This document shows positions 1-14,200 of a stretch of 64,000 nucleotides of DNA, in pieces. The notes beneath the pieces were generated by a model, which searched no databases, had not been told where the DNA came from, and saw nothing but the letters and a program-made list of their open reading frames with translations. The position numbers were made by a program, and so were the translations under genes. Each line of letters starts with the position of its first letter. Positions within the stretch are counted from its first letter, which is position 1. This stretch comes from Raillietiella orientalis (Eukaryota), in NCBI GenBank assembly GCA_036172245.1, contig JAYWIR010000080.1:248001-312000 (forward strand), in the 5' to 3' direction.

Positions 1-184
1 AAGAGGAGAGGGCAGGAGAGGAGGCCGACCTGGAATAGAAGGAAGGACAGAAGGGAAACACGCGAAAGAAGAGGATAGAGAACGTAGCCCTGCAGGTTTT
101 TTCTACTGCTCCTGATTACTCCCCTGAGGCCGTCCGGGAAAGTGGACATTCGAGTCTGGACGAATGGATAACGGTGTTTATTAA

Positions 185-829
185 CCCTTTGGATGCGAAG
201 CTCATCGGATTGGAGACGTTGCGTGTCGGTGGCACGCGAGTCGCCGACACGGAACGCTTTTTCGCGTGCCGCGTGCTCCATCGAGGTACCCATTGACTAC
301 TTAAAGTTTAAGGTCACTGTTGTAATTGTTTATTTACACCACACTAAATAAAATAGTTCCGTTTTTCCCAAGCATGATTTTTTTTTACTTTTGTATGTAT
401 ATTTGGCTATTTTATTACGTATAACGCTTTTCACATCTTCGGAATCAGATGACGATTATTCTCTCACTTTCATCGTCGTATTCTCCATTCGGATACGACG
501 CTTCCCCTTCTCCATCCACTGTCGTCTCTTGTAATAATCTCTTCAAAATTATCCGGCATTTTTAAGATATCACAAAGATAAAGTATAATAAATTATATAC
601 GAAGAAAAACCGAGAATACTTAGCCGATATAAATGAGATTTTGTTTTCTTTCGTTGTTAAGGAAACTGTGAGAACGTGAGTGCATGCGTCCATCTCAAAC
701 GTGGATCGTGTTGACGTATGTCGCGTGTACAAGGTACAAAAAACATTTGCCAAACGCATATGTGGGTCCACAGTCCACACAGATAATTTTCGTCGGACGC
801 ATCTACGCGCGTCCACAGCACCCAAAGGG
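185..829 (-). mobile_element. Non-autonomous piggyBac-type element (MITE), copy 1
   Basis: TTAA at 181-184 and 830-833. The termini CCCTTTGGATGC and GCACCCAAAGGG form a 12-bp TIR with one mismatch. The interior is the reverse complement of the copies at 32416 and 54016. TTAA TSD plus CCC...GGG ends is the piggyBac signature. Confidence 0.9.
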
Positions 830-2389
830 TTAAGGATGGGAATCGCCCATGCTTGTTGGATATGGGGTGAGTTGGGATGGTCCAGAAAAAAAAAAAACAG
901 GAGAAGGTGAAGGCAACAATCTTCCTCTTTCCCCGTTCGTGGACCTGAATCAGCTTGTGGAGCTCCTTCCTCAAGATGGGAGTCATCTACCGAGAGCGGG
1001 GTAGGTTCCTCTTCCTTCCAACCCTCCTTGCTCTCCCTTCGCTACCTGGACGTGCCTTCCCACAAGGCTCGTTCGTGAGGACCTTGAAATGCTCAGGGGA
1101 CAAGTTCTGGCATCTCCCGCCAAAGATCTGCCGAGCATCCAACGAGGTCGGGTCCTCCTGCGAGGATGCTGCTTCTGGGTTCCCGAGGCATCTTGCTGCT
1201 GCGATCTGCCCGCGTTCTGCATTCTTCGGAGCAGCGGTCTCTGGGACCTGAATTCCTCCTCCTCCTCCTCCCCCATGTTTTGCTTCATTCAGCAAAGCTT
1301 CACTGTGGATGCTGACTCTCCGAAGAAACCTGCCAGTCTTCGGCTTTCCAGAATCTTCTTCCTCCTGTCAATCTTATTATCTCGCTCAGAACGCCTGGTT
1401 CCCTTGGTGACTGCAGCACAACATACCATTGCTTGTAGTCAAGGACGCGAACGGAAAACCCTGTTTTTAAATCAGTTGTTTTCTTCTTCACTCTTTCCAA
1501 GGTTTGTGAAGTCCCAGCTGTGTTACAGGTGGTGGACCTCGGCTTCTTCAGTAGCTCGATAAGGCCAGTCTCAGGCCTCATCATTCGACCGGCCTGTTGA
1601 ACGGTGAGGTCATCCCAATCGTCTGCTCGCTCATGAAGAAGGCGACAAGATGGTCACCTATCTTCCAAAAAAGGGGGAAAGTTGCCAGCATCCTCCAGAG
1701 GATGTTGAGGATGCCAGAAAGAAGTCTATGATACCTTTCTTCCCTTCTCCCTTACCCTCAATATATTTTTTAACTGAACTTTTGTGTTTTTCTTCTCGAG
1801 TTTCTCTCTCATCCTCCTGTGAGAACCTCATCGGTGGAGCTGCTCACGAGAAGCAGCGCCTCCGAGGCATTTCCCTTTGTAGTGGTGGTGTGAAACCACT
1901 ACGAAGAAGGACATTTTTTAACTTGTTCCTGACTGTCGTTTTTTTTTTTTTTTTTTTTCCACGATAAACTCCCCAGCATGACCGGGTGAAAATAATGACA
2001 GTCTCGGCGGGAGGCCAAGTCACCATCGGAGGCATTCTCAACACTTAAGTGGAGAGAGAAATCGGTAGACCACTACTCTCGAGCACACGTCACAGGAATT
2101 CTCCTTCTTCCGGAAGAATCAGCAAAAAACACAGCAGTGAAAACAAAGATACCACATGCCGAAGAACAGTATGTAGCTTAGTATTCCTCCATCAGTATCC
2201 TTTCTCTTCATATTACCCTCCGATAACATGCATTTACTATTCTAAACCTTTTTGGCTCTTTCAAGGACATCATAAATGTTATATTTTATGCCAGGTCTAA
2301 TGAAAATCTGTTTGATCAATTATTAATCGCTTGATTCATATTGGATAATACATGTTAGGAACCATTTTTGATATCATGAAAGGAAAAAT

Positions 2390-4300
2390 TACGTAATTTT
2401 GTATATGCCAGTTGGATACAGTAAAAAGAGTTTCACGGCTTGGGCTCCGTATTCCATGTATCTCAGATGTCTCAACTCTGAGGCCACTGAAGGGTAACTG
2501 CTCCGAGTTGCCGTGACACCTCTGCGTTGATTTTCGACGAGGACGTGCCGCGTTTTCTTGGAAATCCACAAAGCGACTTCGCTTCTCTGATATTCGCTGT
2601 TCAAGCAAGCAGAATCACAACTAGCTCCTCTGCTGCCAACAGCGCCCCGTGATCTTTTCGGGTATCGCAAGCTCCCTCATTTCTGATTGAGGACTCGATC
2701 TACGAGCAGATGCAATTCATTTGTACCTTGGAACTCTTGCACACATGAGGCGCACGCCCTCGACGGAACAACGAGCTGTTCCACTCGTTCACGCAAACTT
2801 GCTAGATCGTCTTTCACTATTTGATGAACGGCTGCCCCCGAATACCTAGCTTCTGTGCAGCAGGAGCATACCAAGGTGCACAAAATAGTTGACCCTGTCA
2901 TTCATCTAACCCAGAGCGATAATGTTTATACCACTATTCTTTATTCTTCCCCCCCATTTCGATTCCAGAAGTCATGAGCTTGCCAGAAACATACCCATGC
3001 TTAGGATGTTTTAGGAAAAGTGAATCAACAGCCTTTTGCAGGAACCACCTATTCGAAGCGTCGGATATGCGAAGACCGGTGCTGGAACTACTTACGAGAG
3101 AGTGTGCTCAGTCGGGTGTACCACAGCTTGAAGGGCTACTTGTCTTCCTAGGATGCAACAACGTGCAGCCAGCCCTATTTGCAAACGTACTTACCTACAG
3201 TACGATTCTTTTTTTTAAATTTTCTCCCGTCTAACTCTTCAGGGCAAAATTTCGGAGAATACTCTCTGGAACATGTCTGCTCAACACAAAGATTCATCTA
3301 AGTGGTTTGGTAGTATTCCATATTTATTGCTTTCTTTTTAGTGGATGCTGTGCACACTGCTTGTTTGTTTTTCTCCTTCTTCGTGCACCAAATAGCACCC
3401 AGGCTCTTCCAAATCCATTTATCATTTTCCCTACACAAGTTCTGATCGTTTACATCCAGGTGCTTCCGGAGTCACATCCAAGTATTTTCCTATTGATGTT
3501 CATCATTAAACTGACCAGCTTGGTATCCATCAACGCCAAAACGGCGTTGATGGATACTAATCGGATTTCCCGAATAGGATAAAAGCTGCTGATGGAGTAT
3601 GAGTTACAACCACTGAGGCAAAGCCTCCTATTTCTCTGCTTTCATCCCTTTTGATGCAGATTTCCAAGAGGTCGCGTGCATGCTAGTGGTTTGTTTCTGC
3701 TCGTCAGCCAACGCAGACTGAGAGGCTCAGATTGCTTCTTAATTTTTAAAATTTGAAAAAAATAAGGATCGCTAATGCAACGAGAGTCGTTGGTCAGTGG
3801 GTGGAAAAGACGTTAGGTATGTGGCGGAAAGCAAATAAAGAGCTGAATCGCAGTACGATAGCGATTCGAATCGTTTCCCTGAAGATGGAATGTGCACCCA
3901 GAAGCTACAGTGTCTTCCCATGTAGCCCCTCCCGATTTATGCTTTCAGTTCAGACAAAGGACTTTTCTTCCAGACAGGGGTCCTTAACTTCTTTGCAGCC
4001 TTGAATAGAAGTGCCTCTTTTCATCATGATTGGAATTTGACTCTGAGGTGGTATCTTGATTCAAATCTGCCATCATCTTATTGCAGTAAGAGTCTCTCCT
4101 CGAGCAAGCGCATCAGACAGGTTTGATGAGACACTGAAAACGATGGTTCGTCTTGTGAGAACTCCAGAGAATGGAGATGGCATAAGTCCCATAGTTCGGA
4201 AACTGAACATTTCGCAAAGCAGATGGAAGCAGAGATCTGGAGGAATACATTATTAACGAAAGCTGATGCAAAGGACAGTCGAATGCCATGTGAGCCATCA
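2390..4300 (-). mobile_element. Highly degraded non-LTR (CR1/L2-like) reverse transcriptase remnants
   Basis: Scattered minus-strand motifs in RT order: MAFDCPLHQLSL (~KAFDxVxHxxLL) near 4290, QG..GPL near 3980-4000, DDLASL near 2800 and RYMEYGAQ (~LEY) near 2450. Many stops and frameshifts. Confidence 0.3.
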
Positions 4301-7300
4301 TCGAGATTCGAACTCGGAGCTGTGATCATGAGCTGTTGTCCCACAGGTTTTCAGCAGCCCTCGACTACCTGGGAGGAAACTCTCATTTTCTAAACTTTCC
4401 ACAAAGAACAGCAAAAAGAGAGTTCCTAAAATTTGGAAAACCCAGCGGTGAGTGATGGGTACGAAGTGCCTATTGAGTTTGGCAGAAATCCTTTGCTCTC
4501 CCAGATGCCGGACGGAAACCAGAAGGAAGACCAGACAGAGAGCTCACAGAGAATTTTCGTAGTGAATGCTACATCAGGATGCTTTCTTATGAGACAAAGA
4601 TATTCTCAACAAAATGTCCTTAATCGACTTATGGAGGCCATACAGGGGCAGGTAAGCAGAGAGAGAGAACCATAAAGGTCGGAATCTTTAAGGAGACAAA
4701 GGAAAGAGAAGAAAGTTTGGTGCTACTCATGAAACAGAGATTGTATGCGTATCATTACGAAAAAAAAAGGGACAGGGTGCCATGACCTTCTTGGCACCTG
4801 ATATTCCTGTCGGTGAAGGAAAAGCAAACCTCAGCCGTTGTTCGGATCTTTGTATCAAGGTGCGGAAAAGATGCTTCTGTTCTTCCAGTAGAGCAAACCA
4901 GAACAAATGAGCATCAAGAAGGGCTTTCTGTCTTGAATCCTGGTCCTTCAACTTAAAGAAATTTTCCTTTTTCTTTTAACGCTACACTGTCACCAGTCTA
5001 TATCCAACCCTTCGCTGAAGGTCTTCCTTGATTTGGATTCTGCACGGATGGATTCTGTCTGGAGTCCCTGAGGCTCGAGGGAACGATGGGTCTCGTTTTG
5101 AAGAGGACTTCCCATACCAGAGTCTCGGGCTCTGCCGATTGCCCAACGTTCCTGCAGAACGTTTGCCAGGGCCACGTTCTTCCAGTAACAAACGACCGAT
5201 CTGTTTCTTCCTCTTTTTCATTCAGAAAAAAAAAAAGGAAGAGAGGAGCTGGAAACAGGAGGAACTACAGAAAACTACTTCCATAGTTCATTCTATCCTG
5301 GAATTTCAACGCGTTATCCAAAAACTGTTATCTTTTGTCCCCATTCTAAGATCAGCAAACTGTCAGTGGCTTCATAGAAGAATCGAGATTTTGCAAGGCA
5401 TATTGTATCCCGAATATAGACGAGGCTCCCCTCTCGAATTCTCAGCCTTTCCTTTATTTCTTAAAATCATGAATAATGAGCACTTTCAGGAAAAACGAAT
5501 TTGCAAAGTTGTGGAAGATTCTCAAGAAACTTTGGCTGATTTTTTTTTTATTTTTTTATTGAAGAACTCTGAATCTCATGAATCGCTCTCTAGCAGCACC
5601 CCTGTTCCTGTGCTGTTACCCTATTCCTCCTAAGTTGCCACTCCAGGAGTTCGTTTTCTAGGTTGGCGGTTTGCCTGGAGCACACAGGCAAGCTGAAGTC
5701 GTGTTTTCTCCCATTTTGATTCGTGCCAATTCGATAACCCCCGGAAGCCCCGAAGATGAAAGAATCCTCCGATGCAGCTGGGACATCCTGTCGCAGTCCA
5801 ACATCCATTCTAAAAAGCCGAGAGTTCTTTCATCTTCCTGAAGAACCACGTAGCTTGTGGACTTTGAAGTCGGCACCAAACGGCAGAGAATGATGCAAAC
5901 AGCGCATGGCACCACGGTCAGGTAACCAGGAGGTCACGTCGCATCTTCCACGGTGAGAGGCAGGGCGTATTCGAAAAGGGAAGAACAAGGTGGATGACGA
6001 ATAGATCCGGAGGGTAGCTTCGCTCTGTCAGGGATAGGGATTTCCAGGATGGCGCGAAATCCCTGAAAGCCTGGTTGGATTTTTGAAAGATCACCAGAAT
6101 GCATCGCACTGAGTGGAAGCTCCGTCCCCTAGGGGAAAGCTGGCTTCTGCTCTGCTCTTGGGGAGGAGCAAAAAGAGTTGCTTCTGAAACTTTTTTTTTT
6201 TGGAGGGAACTGAACACGCAAAGCTCGTGGGTTTTTCCTCAAGAAGTTCATCTCCCGAGGCAATTTTGATTTCTCCACGTTCACTTGGCTCTTTCCAAAT
6301 CCTCAGCCCGCGGTCGGATCGGTCGGGAAGGTGCAGGAAGACGACGCTTCGTTCTTTCGGATTCCCATTCACCACGGGGGTGACCTTCTCGTGCATTCCT
6401 TTGCGAGCAGCCAAATGGAGGATGAAGGGAGGAGTTTCTCAGAAGTCTGGAATTCAGAGTGATTCCTCTCACTGCTCACCACTGAAGGAAGGTGTCTCGC
6501 CAGGAATTGATTCCATTGAAAAAAAAAAAAAAAAATGCAAAAAGAAAAGGAAAAAGGATGCATGGGAGATGCGATGCACGAGAGGAAGCTGGCTGCCGAC
6601 TTCCCCTTCCGACTTCGCGTCCGTATGTTGCAGCCCCGCTCTCAATGCCAAGATCTGTTTTAGGAATTCCCAAGATCTCTCTTTTCGGAAGCTAAAAACG
6701 TAATGTGAAGGTATCTGTGAAGCGTTCTCCCGCGCGGATTGTGGAACAGAAAACCACTTTCGATCTATTTCTGTCGCTTCCCGTAGGAGGGTGGTTCCTG
6801 CAGCGTTTATTTTCCTGCAGTTTAAAGCTAGACACACGTTTAACATCCCAGTTGCCATCCGGGCTTCCGTGTCCACGGAAACAAAGTGCTAGACAGTGCA
6901 CTGCACTTTGGAAAATTCGGGAATAACGTAGAAAAAATCGAATGGGATCTTCGCAAAGAACGGGATAGCGATTTTCCCCAGTGTGCCTCCTTCCCCCAAA
7001 CGGATGCTGGTGTCAATTTCCCTCCAAAAAAAAAGTGCCAGAAGCTAACTTTCGGTGTATTCCTTGCAGATTTTCTCTTTTGTTTTTTTCATTCTTATTT
7101 TCTATTTTTTACACCCAGTGCTACGTTTTAAGGTATTAACAAAGCATGGACTTTTGTTTTTTTTCACCTCCGTAATTTAGTTGCCTAGGTGACGTAATCC
7201 GAGATCCTAGGTGGGTACTAACTCTGTGCTCCAAATAACACGAGAGAGAGAGTTTCGGGAGTCCGGGAAACGCTGCCTCTTATTTCCGTCTTGCTTTTTC

Positions 7301-7773
7301 CCCTGCTTAATGATTCGAAAGAAAAAGGAAAGGAAGAGAATGGGTCCGTCTGTGACTTCTAGAGTTGCACCGCGAAATCCTCCCGCCGTGCCACCTCGCG
7401 TCTTGTTCTCAGCGGATGAAGGTATTCTGATAACCCACGGCCTGGTGTTCGGAGATCTCATCTTTGCTCGATTTCTTCTGGAAAATGGGAACTCGTTTGA
7501 GAGATTTTTTGGGAAGGAGGGGGGAAGAAGAGGGTGCAAGGCACGCCGCTTCTCTGTTCGGTCCGGTGCGAGGGAGGTCTTTCGAATTGCCATGGGGACG
7601 GCTGTCAGATGCGTGGGGAGACCGCTCTCGCTTGCTGAACTTGGCACTAAGGAGCAGATGAAAGCACAGGAACTGGAAAGGAAGGAACAGGGAAGAGGCG
7701 CGGTTCCCATATTTTGTAAATCGCCGGAAGTGAGCTTTCCATGCAAAAAAAAAAAAAAAAAGTGTGGGAGTGC

Positions 7774-7836
7774 AGTTTCCGGGGCGGCGGGACGCTTCGC
7801 GGTTAGAACCTCAAGCTGAGAAGCTTCTTTGAGACG
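7774..7836 (+). promoter_or_regulatory. Candidate non-coding first exon / TSS of troponin T
   Basis: Inr-like GCAGTT at 7772-7777 and donor ACG|gtgagg at 7837. The ATG-bearing exon begins at a strong acceptor (ttatttcgttttacag, 8196), so an upstream non-coding exon is required. Its position is inferred. Confidence 0.3.
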
Positions 7837-8295
7837 GTGAGGCGTGTAGGAAAGAGGGAAAAAAAAGAAGAAAACTCGAAATGGTTCTCATTACCAATCA
7901 GTCGTCCTCCCTCCTTTTCACGGGTTTCCTCCCAGAATCGTTTCGCAGAGAATGATGCAAAATGGACCGGTTTCCACGAGCTCCTGGGAAGCAGGACGCG
8001 CGCGTCCCATTCCAGGAGCGAATTCGAATCCCATGCCAACGAATGGGCAAAGAATTACCGAGCGCTGGTTCTAAAGTTTGGTCCCTCACTAAATCCACAT
8101 TCTTTGGAATTTATTTGGATCGGTTTTGGGAACTTTGAAAAATCATTCCGATGCTATTTTTTGACTTTTTAAATTTATTCTTATTTCGTTTTACAGAAAA
8201 GCAGCATCTTAAGTGTGCCTCAGGTGTTCCGTTACATGTATTTATCGTAACGATAAATTGAATTTGCTTGTTGTTTGAAGTGTACATAAACAAAC

Positions 8296-11200
8296 ATGTC
8301 TGAAGACGACGAAGTCTATTCGTAAGTGATATTTTGCTGTTAGTTTCTCTTGACTGTTGTATTCCAATGTATTCATCTATTTACGCAATTTGAACTTCAG
8401 GGAGGGCCTATACATAGTGTGCACACTTCACGTGGTATTCTGCATGTGTCATTATGTCAACTGAACACTGTACCGTTGTTGTATAATAACTATTAAATGG
8501 ATTCGATGTTTCTCGAAAGCCGAAGATGAAAGAATCTTTCTACGCAGCCGGGATACCTTGTCGCAATCCGGTAGCAATGCTAAAATACGAGCCAGAGCTC
8601 TTTCATCTTACTGTACAATTATCAAATGGATTTGTTGCAATAACAGTATTACAGCGTTTTTCTCGTTGGTTGTAATATGTTTGAACTCAACTGTGTTTTC
8701 CTGCCATCATATTTTAAATGAGCTCAAGACAGCAGAATCAGCTCAATCAGCTAGCTCATGTGCGTGTACGTGCCGTCACTGATGGGTTCCTATGATCCAC
8801 CAGTTCTCAATGATCTCATCAGTGTGATCAAACCTGTGATGTGGAGTGTTTTGTCCCGTTTCTCATTACGCATGTACCCACGTGCACCCTTCAGAATGTT
8901 CCGTCCCCGGGAAATGCCTTCGTTCTTTGAAAGTTCCTGAGGCATTTTTTCCAAGGATAATCAGAGAAGGGACACATTACGGTTCCATTCAGAGATATGG
9001 GCCGAAATCTACTCCGAATCCGGAAAGTCTGGATGACGTACCCAGTCGAAGCGATCTTCTGCAGGATCTTTTCCCGGCCTCTTTTGCCCCCCGGCTCGGT
9101 TCGCGCCCCTGCTCCTCAATTCCGGCTCCGGAGCACGGTTGCTCATTCTGAAATCTTTTCGTAATATAACTCTTTGATTGTGCAAGCTGCTAGTTGACAC
9201 GCGAGAAAAATTAAGGATTCAACTAAGAATGTAAGGATTACGGAAATGTTTTCTATCCTCCACCCAGATGAGCTGCGAAGCTCGTTCGGATTCCGAACGA
9301 ATCACCTGAAAAGTATCTCTTTTCGTGGATGCTTCTCCGGAACCCGCAGCCAACAGGAACGTAGCTGATCCGCTCTCCAACGAGAGCTAGAGGTAGCAGA
9401 GGTAGCAGAGGCTCTTCGTTCGGCAAGTGCTCGTTCCGAATCGAAGTCTGAAAGTTCAAAATGCCCTCGAGGAATGATCTTCCCCTGCGCGTTTCTCATT
9501 TGAGGGAATCGCGAATGGTGTTCGGCTGCAGAGCAAAGATTCTGGATTTCAACTCCAAATGGATTCTGCTTTTCCCACTCCACTCGCCTTCGGCACGAGG
9601 CGCCGTTTCCTCCTTCACGTTAACAGCGTCCGCTCGAATGCAACCCAAGAAACGAATCGACATCACGTATTTTCCCCACATTTCCGCCCAACCACATTAA
9701 CAGACTACGTAAGAAGTTCATGTCGACGACGAGATATGGACATTCCGTCTACGTTTGCTTCTTCGGTTTTTGGCACGCCATCCAAAACTTTTACGGCAAG
9801 CCTGAGAGAGTCCTAGGAACTAGTAATTGTGCATTAACTTTCCTTCGCTTGCAGCTACCAGACAAAAAATTCATCTGGGTTGAATGATACGATGTAGAGA
9901 ACGAATGGAACTCTTAATTATGAACTCAAGTGGAACTCAGCATTTGTTATTTACGTTTTTTTTTGCTTCTCTAATCCCCTGTTATGCCCATCTTGATTTT
10001 CTGGCACTGTTCTACAGACAGCTTATTAAGAGACGAGCTTTGTTCCCAGGGCTTGGAATCTTCTGACATGAAGCGTTCAGGTGAAGAACATGAATCATCT
10101 ATCAAGACTGGATGGATTTGCAATGGAGGCACCACATCGATTAATGAAACCGATTATAACATAAACACATATTGTTCATAGCCGTTCGAGCACCTTGCAA
10201 TTACCTTAGGTTTGAGAATAGGCATGTTCACAGTCGGTGTATGATGGAACAGTTCCGTGACATCTTCGTTCAAGGAAGTAGGTTTCAGCAGCTGAAAAAG
10301 GAGAAGAGGGGAACGTACAAAAGATCGGATGTGTGTTCAGATTCGATGAAGAGAGAGCGATCCGCAAGCTGCGAGGCAAATCGGGAACTACGCGAAAAAC
10401 CCGTGACGGAAGCTCCGGTGAAGAGGCCAAGTTCGTTCGTCACGAATTGAACGTCACAAGGTGAAAGCTCGCAAATGAACAAAGAAAATTGGTGCTTGAA
10501 ATCCAGCGAATAACACGCACGTAATTGAGTCTCATCCCTGTTACAGATAGTGTGCTCGAGACCAGCTGTTCCGCAATAGAAGCAGAACAAGTCCATGAGA
10601 CTTCAGTCAGCTGTGGATGGAGCAAACCTTTGCTATTAAAAGCCCGCTGGGATGGAAGTCTCTGTTTGGCGGGACTCCAGTTTTCACGTTTCGCATGTTC
10701 ATCTGGATGCAAAGTTATTATGGAACAACTCCTCTCCCCAGTGCAGCAGCAGCACCAATAGAAACCAGAAACACTGGCCACTGAAAGTTGCTTTTCTGGA
10801 GGAAAGCTCACCCCTTGCTCCTTACCAAGGGGGGCGCATCGTTCTGGCATGGGAAAGCGAGCGTGAAGACGCCTAAATAGGACAGCCACTCAATGATGTC
10901 TTTTCGAAAAACAAAAGCACTGTGTGTCACTCTGCAGATGGATGGGCCTCGTTTCTTCAGCCGTAGAACAAAATGCCACAGGAGAAGAAATCTCAAAGCT
11001 CAAAACCCACGCTGCTTTAACATATCGTTGAGCGCCACCTTTAATTTGAGACGGGATCTCCTCGATCCAGTGGATTGACGAGGAAGACACCAACACTGCC
11101 AAGTCCAGCTTTGTCCAGCTTACATTGGCCGAAACCATTCCATCAGTTTCTAGAAGATCCTGCATTCTGTAGCGATCCAGCCGTCTGTTCTAATCATGGT

Positions 11201-14200
11201 TTGTGATCCAATTTCGGTTTGCGTCATAAGCAGATTTTTGTTTTTTTCAAAGAAATTGCAATCTGTATGGCTGGGATGCTGTGAAAATGTGGAGGGAGAT
11301 TTTTCGGTTAACCAATCACGGAACTGCGATCCAAGGCGATTTGGATTGGCTTCCTTTTGTTTTTCTCTTCACTCGACACATTGGTTTCGATTCTGAGGCG
11401 ATCCCGACATGACTTGCTGCGAAATCCGTTCCATCAAATCCATGATTTCGTCCCCTTGTGGAGGAAGAGTTCTTTTTTTTATTTTTATTATTATTTTATT
11501 GGAAGGTCCATGAAAGCAGACAGCGTCCTGCAGCACTGATCTTGGATTCGAACAAGATCTTTTCTCCTCGCCGAAACGGTGATGCGAATAGCAATTTCAA
11601 ACATTTCCAACACGTTCTTCCTTGTCAGCTGCAAAACTGTCCATGTCAGTGGCCATCTTGGAGACTTACGTTGTGTGATTTCAAAAGACAAATCGACAAA
11701 TTGCATTTGGAGGCTGCAAAGGCTGATTGCTTTGAATGTTTCTCTGGCTCACATGCTCAGTATCTTTCCATATGCAATGCCTATGTTTAATTGCGCGGTT
11801 ACGTTTGAGTCGCTTGCATCCTCAAAATCATGATCATCACGGAAGGTTCCATCGGCGAACCTATTCCTGATTCATCCCACAAGGCGATACAGCCCATGCA
11901 GAGCAATAGGGTGGATCCATTCGTATATCGTAGCCATGCCCTTCCCGAACTTTTCGTTTTCACTGGCATGCGTGATCAGAAGGGTTATTATTATTATTAC
12001 TACTTTACTTAAGTGAGACCCAAATGCCACTGCACGATTACATTCTGTATGCTTCCGCCTTGCGATGTGAAATTTTGCGACCTCGATGTTGTTATAGGTA
12101 TCTATGAGAGGTTTATAGTAACAGTCTGTTCGACCGAAAATCCTACATGATTTGAGTTTAGATGTACGTTTTTTCTTTTTGTACTGGCAGGCCAGGGGAT
12201 ATATCGAAACTCACCAATTTACCTACACCTTCGCCCAGCCAGGACTCCGCTCCGCTACCGAGCCTGGCCATCGAGATTTCCGGTGTCCACCGTTACCGAT
12301 CTGTTCTAAACTTGCTTCGTGACGGAATGTCCAAAGCTGAGTGTAAACACCATGTTATCTTATTTTCAGTGAAGAGGAGGAGGAAGAGGAAGAAGAAGAG
12401 TAAGTTCCTTTACACGAAAAAGCAAACACACACACACATACATCGGCGCAATGGTTGCTCTGCTTTCCGTTGCATCTCCATTCGTGTCCTCGCATGCATC
12501 TCCGGCGCGAACAGCGCGAACTCCTCTGACTGGCAGGCAGAGAGTTAGCAGCGCACGTCTTGCAGGTGATCCGCCGCCTCGACTCCGTGGCTCCTTTCTC
12601 AGCTTTCACCCCCTCGAACGTCGAGGACTATTTTGGCAGTAAAGGCGCCGCTTTGTTCCGCGAGGACGGGTTCCGTCCGATGGCGAGAGCTGTCCTTAAA
12701 AAAAAAAATCCCCGCCAGCAAGAGAACGTGCCTGAATCTTTTCGAACGGAGCTCCAAGTGGTCGCTGTTGTCCATTACAGGAAGTGGCCGCCGTGCTCGG
12801 CGACAGCGCGCTTAACGCACTTGCGCTTCCTATCGGAGACGTCGAAAGTCGCTCCTGCGTTGAATCGAAAGCCTGTCCGGGAATGAAGGAATCTGACGGA
12901 AGCTTTCGCTGATGCAGCAGGAGATGCGCAGCCATCGCGAACATGCAGAACATCCGATTCCCTAGGACGCGTAGCCTCCTTCCTCTCCTAATGGAATGGA
13001 ATTGAACGCCTCCGGGCTAACCTCGATTTTTCCGGATTCGAAGAGCCGAAAGCTCTAACCGAGGTCTTTTCTGGGGTGTTATCGGGAAAGGGAAAGGAGC
13101 CAACCAGTCTTAGCAATCGCGAGAGTGCTCCTTGGCACGTCCTGTTCGCTCCCGCTGTCAGAACAGAGCGCCCGTGACGGTGGAGGAGAAAGGACCTTGT
13201 TCGCTCTTCCGCACGTCCGTGACCAAACACATACTCCGTGACAAGAAGTACATGGCGACTCACATCTCTTTTTCATTGCCAACCCACAACGAATGGACGT
13301 GTTTTTGTCACCATGAAGGGAGGAAAAAAAGCCGTAAGTAGTGCAGTTTCTTGGCGTCACAACGGAATGTCTTCTTCGACCTTTCCGAGACCACCGAGCT
13401 TTGCATGGGCCCTTCCGAACTAACCGCAGGAGGATGGCGTGACAAATCACTGAAAAGCCCTTGGCAACGTAGTAGAGCCTCTGTGATGCCCTGCTTGCTC
13501 TAGCGGGGTCGCCATTTCTCACCTTCTAACTCTGAACCTGGTAGCGCATGCGTCCCCCTCCCTACATGGATTGATATCGGCGTTTGCGAACCTCTCAAGC
13601 AAACGACCAAGATCACTCCGCGCAGTCCCCAGGGAAATGCGCAGGGAACCTTTGTGTCTCGAACCAACCAAGTAAACTCATGGATAGCCAATCAGCCGTT
13701 CATCTAAAACGACCATTCTTGTATTCCGCTATAGAAAGCATGAAGAAGAAAAAAAGGATGGCGGCGCTCCTGATTTCCTCAAGGTAATGTCGTGATTCTG
13801 GTAAAGATGCCGCTGGTTGGCGGCAGGGTAAAGACAGCGAATGGTGTCCTAATGCACGCCGGTGTTTTCAGCAGCGGGCGGAGGCGAAGCGAGCCGACAT
13901 CGACGAGCAGATCAAGGAGTACGTCGAGGAGTGGAGGAAGCAGAGAGTCAAAGAAATGGAGGAGCTGAAAAGACTGAAGGAGAGGCAGATCAAGAGAAAG
14001 GTACGCTCGTCGTTCCAGCGTCGATGGGAGCTCCTGGCTCCTCCACCCCTTTTGCTTCTTGATTCCCTGACTTACCGGCGGCGGGCCCCGACTCCGTCTT
14101 GAGCGCTCCCTCTACTCCGCAAGAGCGAAGTTCTGCGGTGAGGGCATAGCTAGGCGGTCAGGTCTGACCCGTTGCTCCCCTTCCGGTGCGGAGAAGCCGC

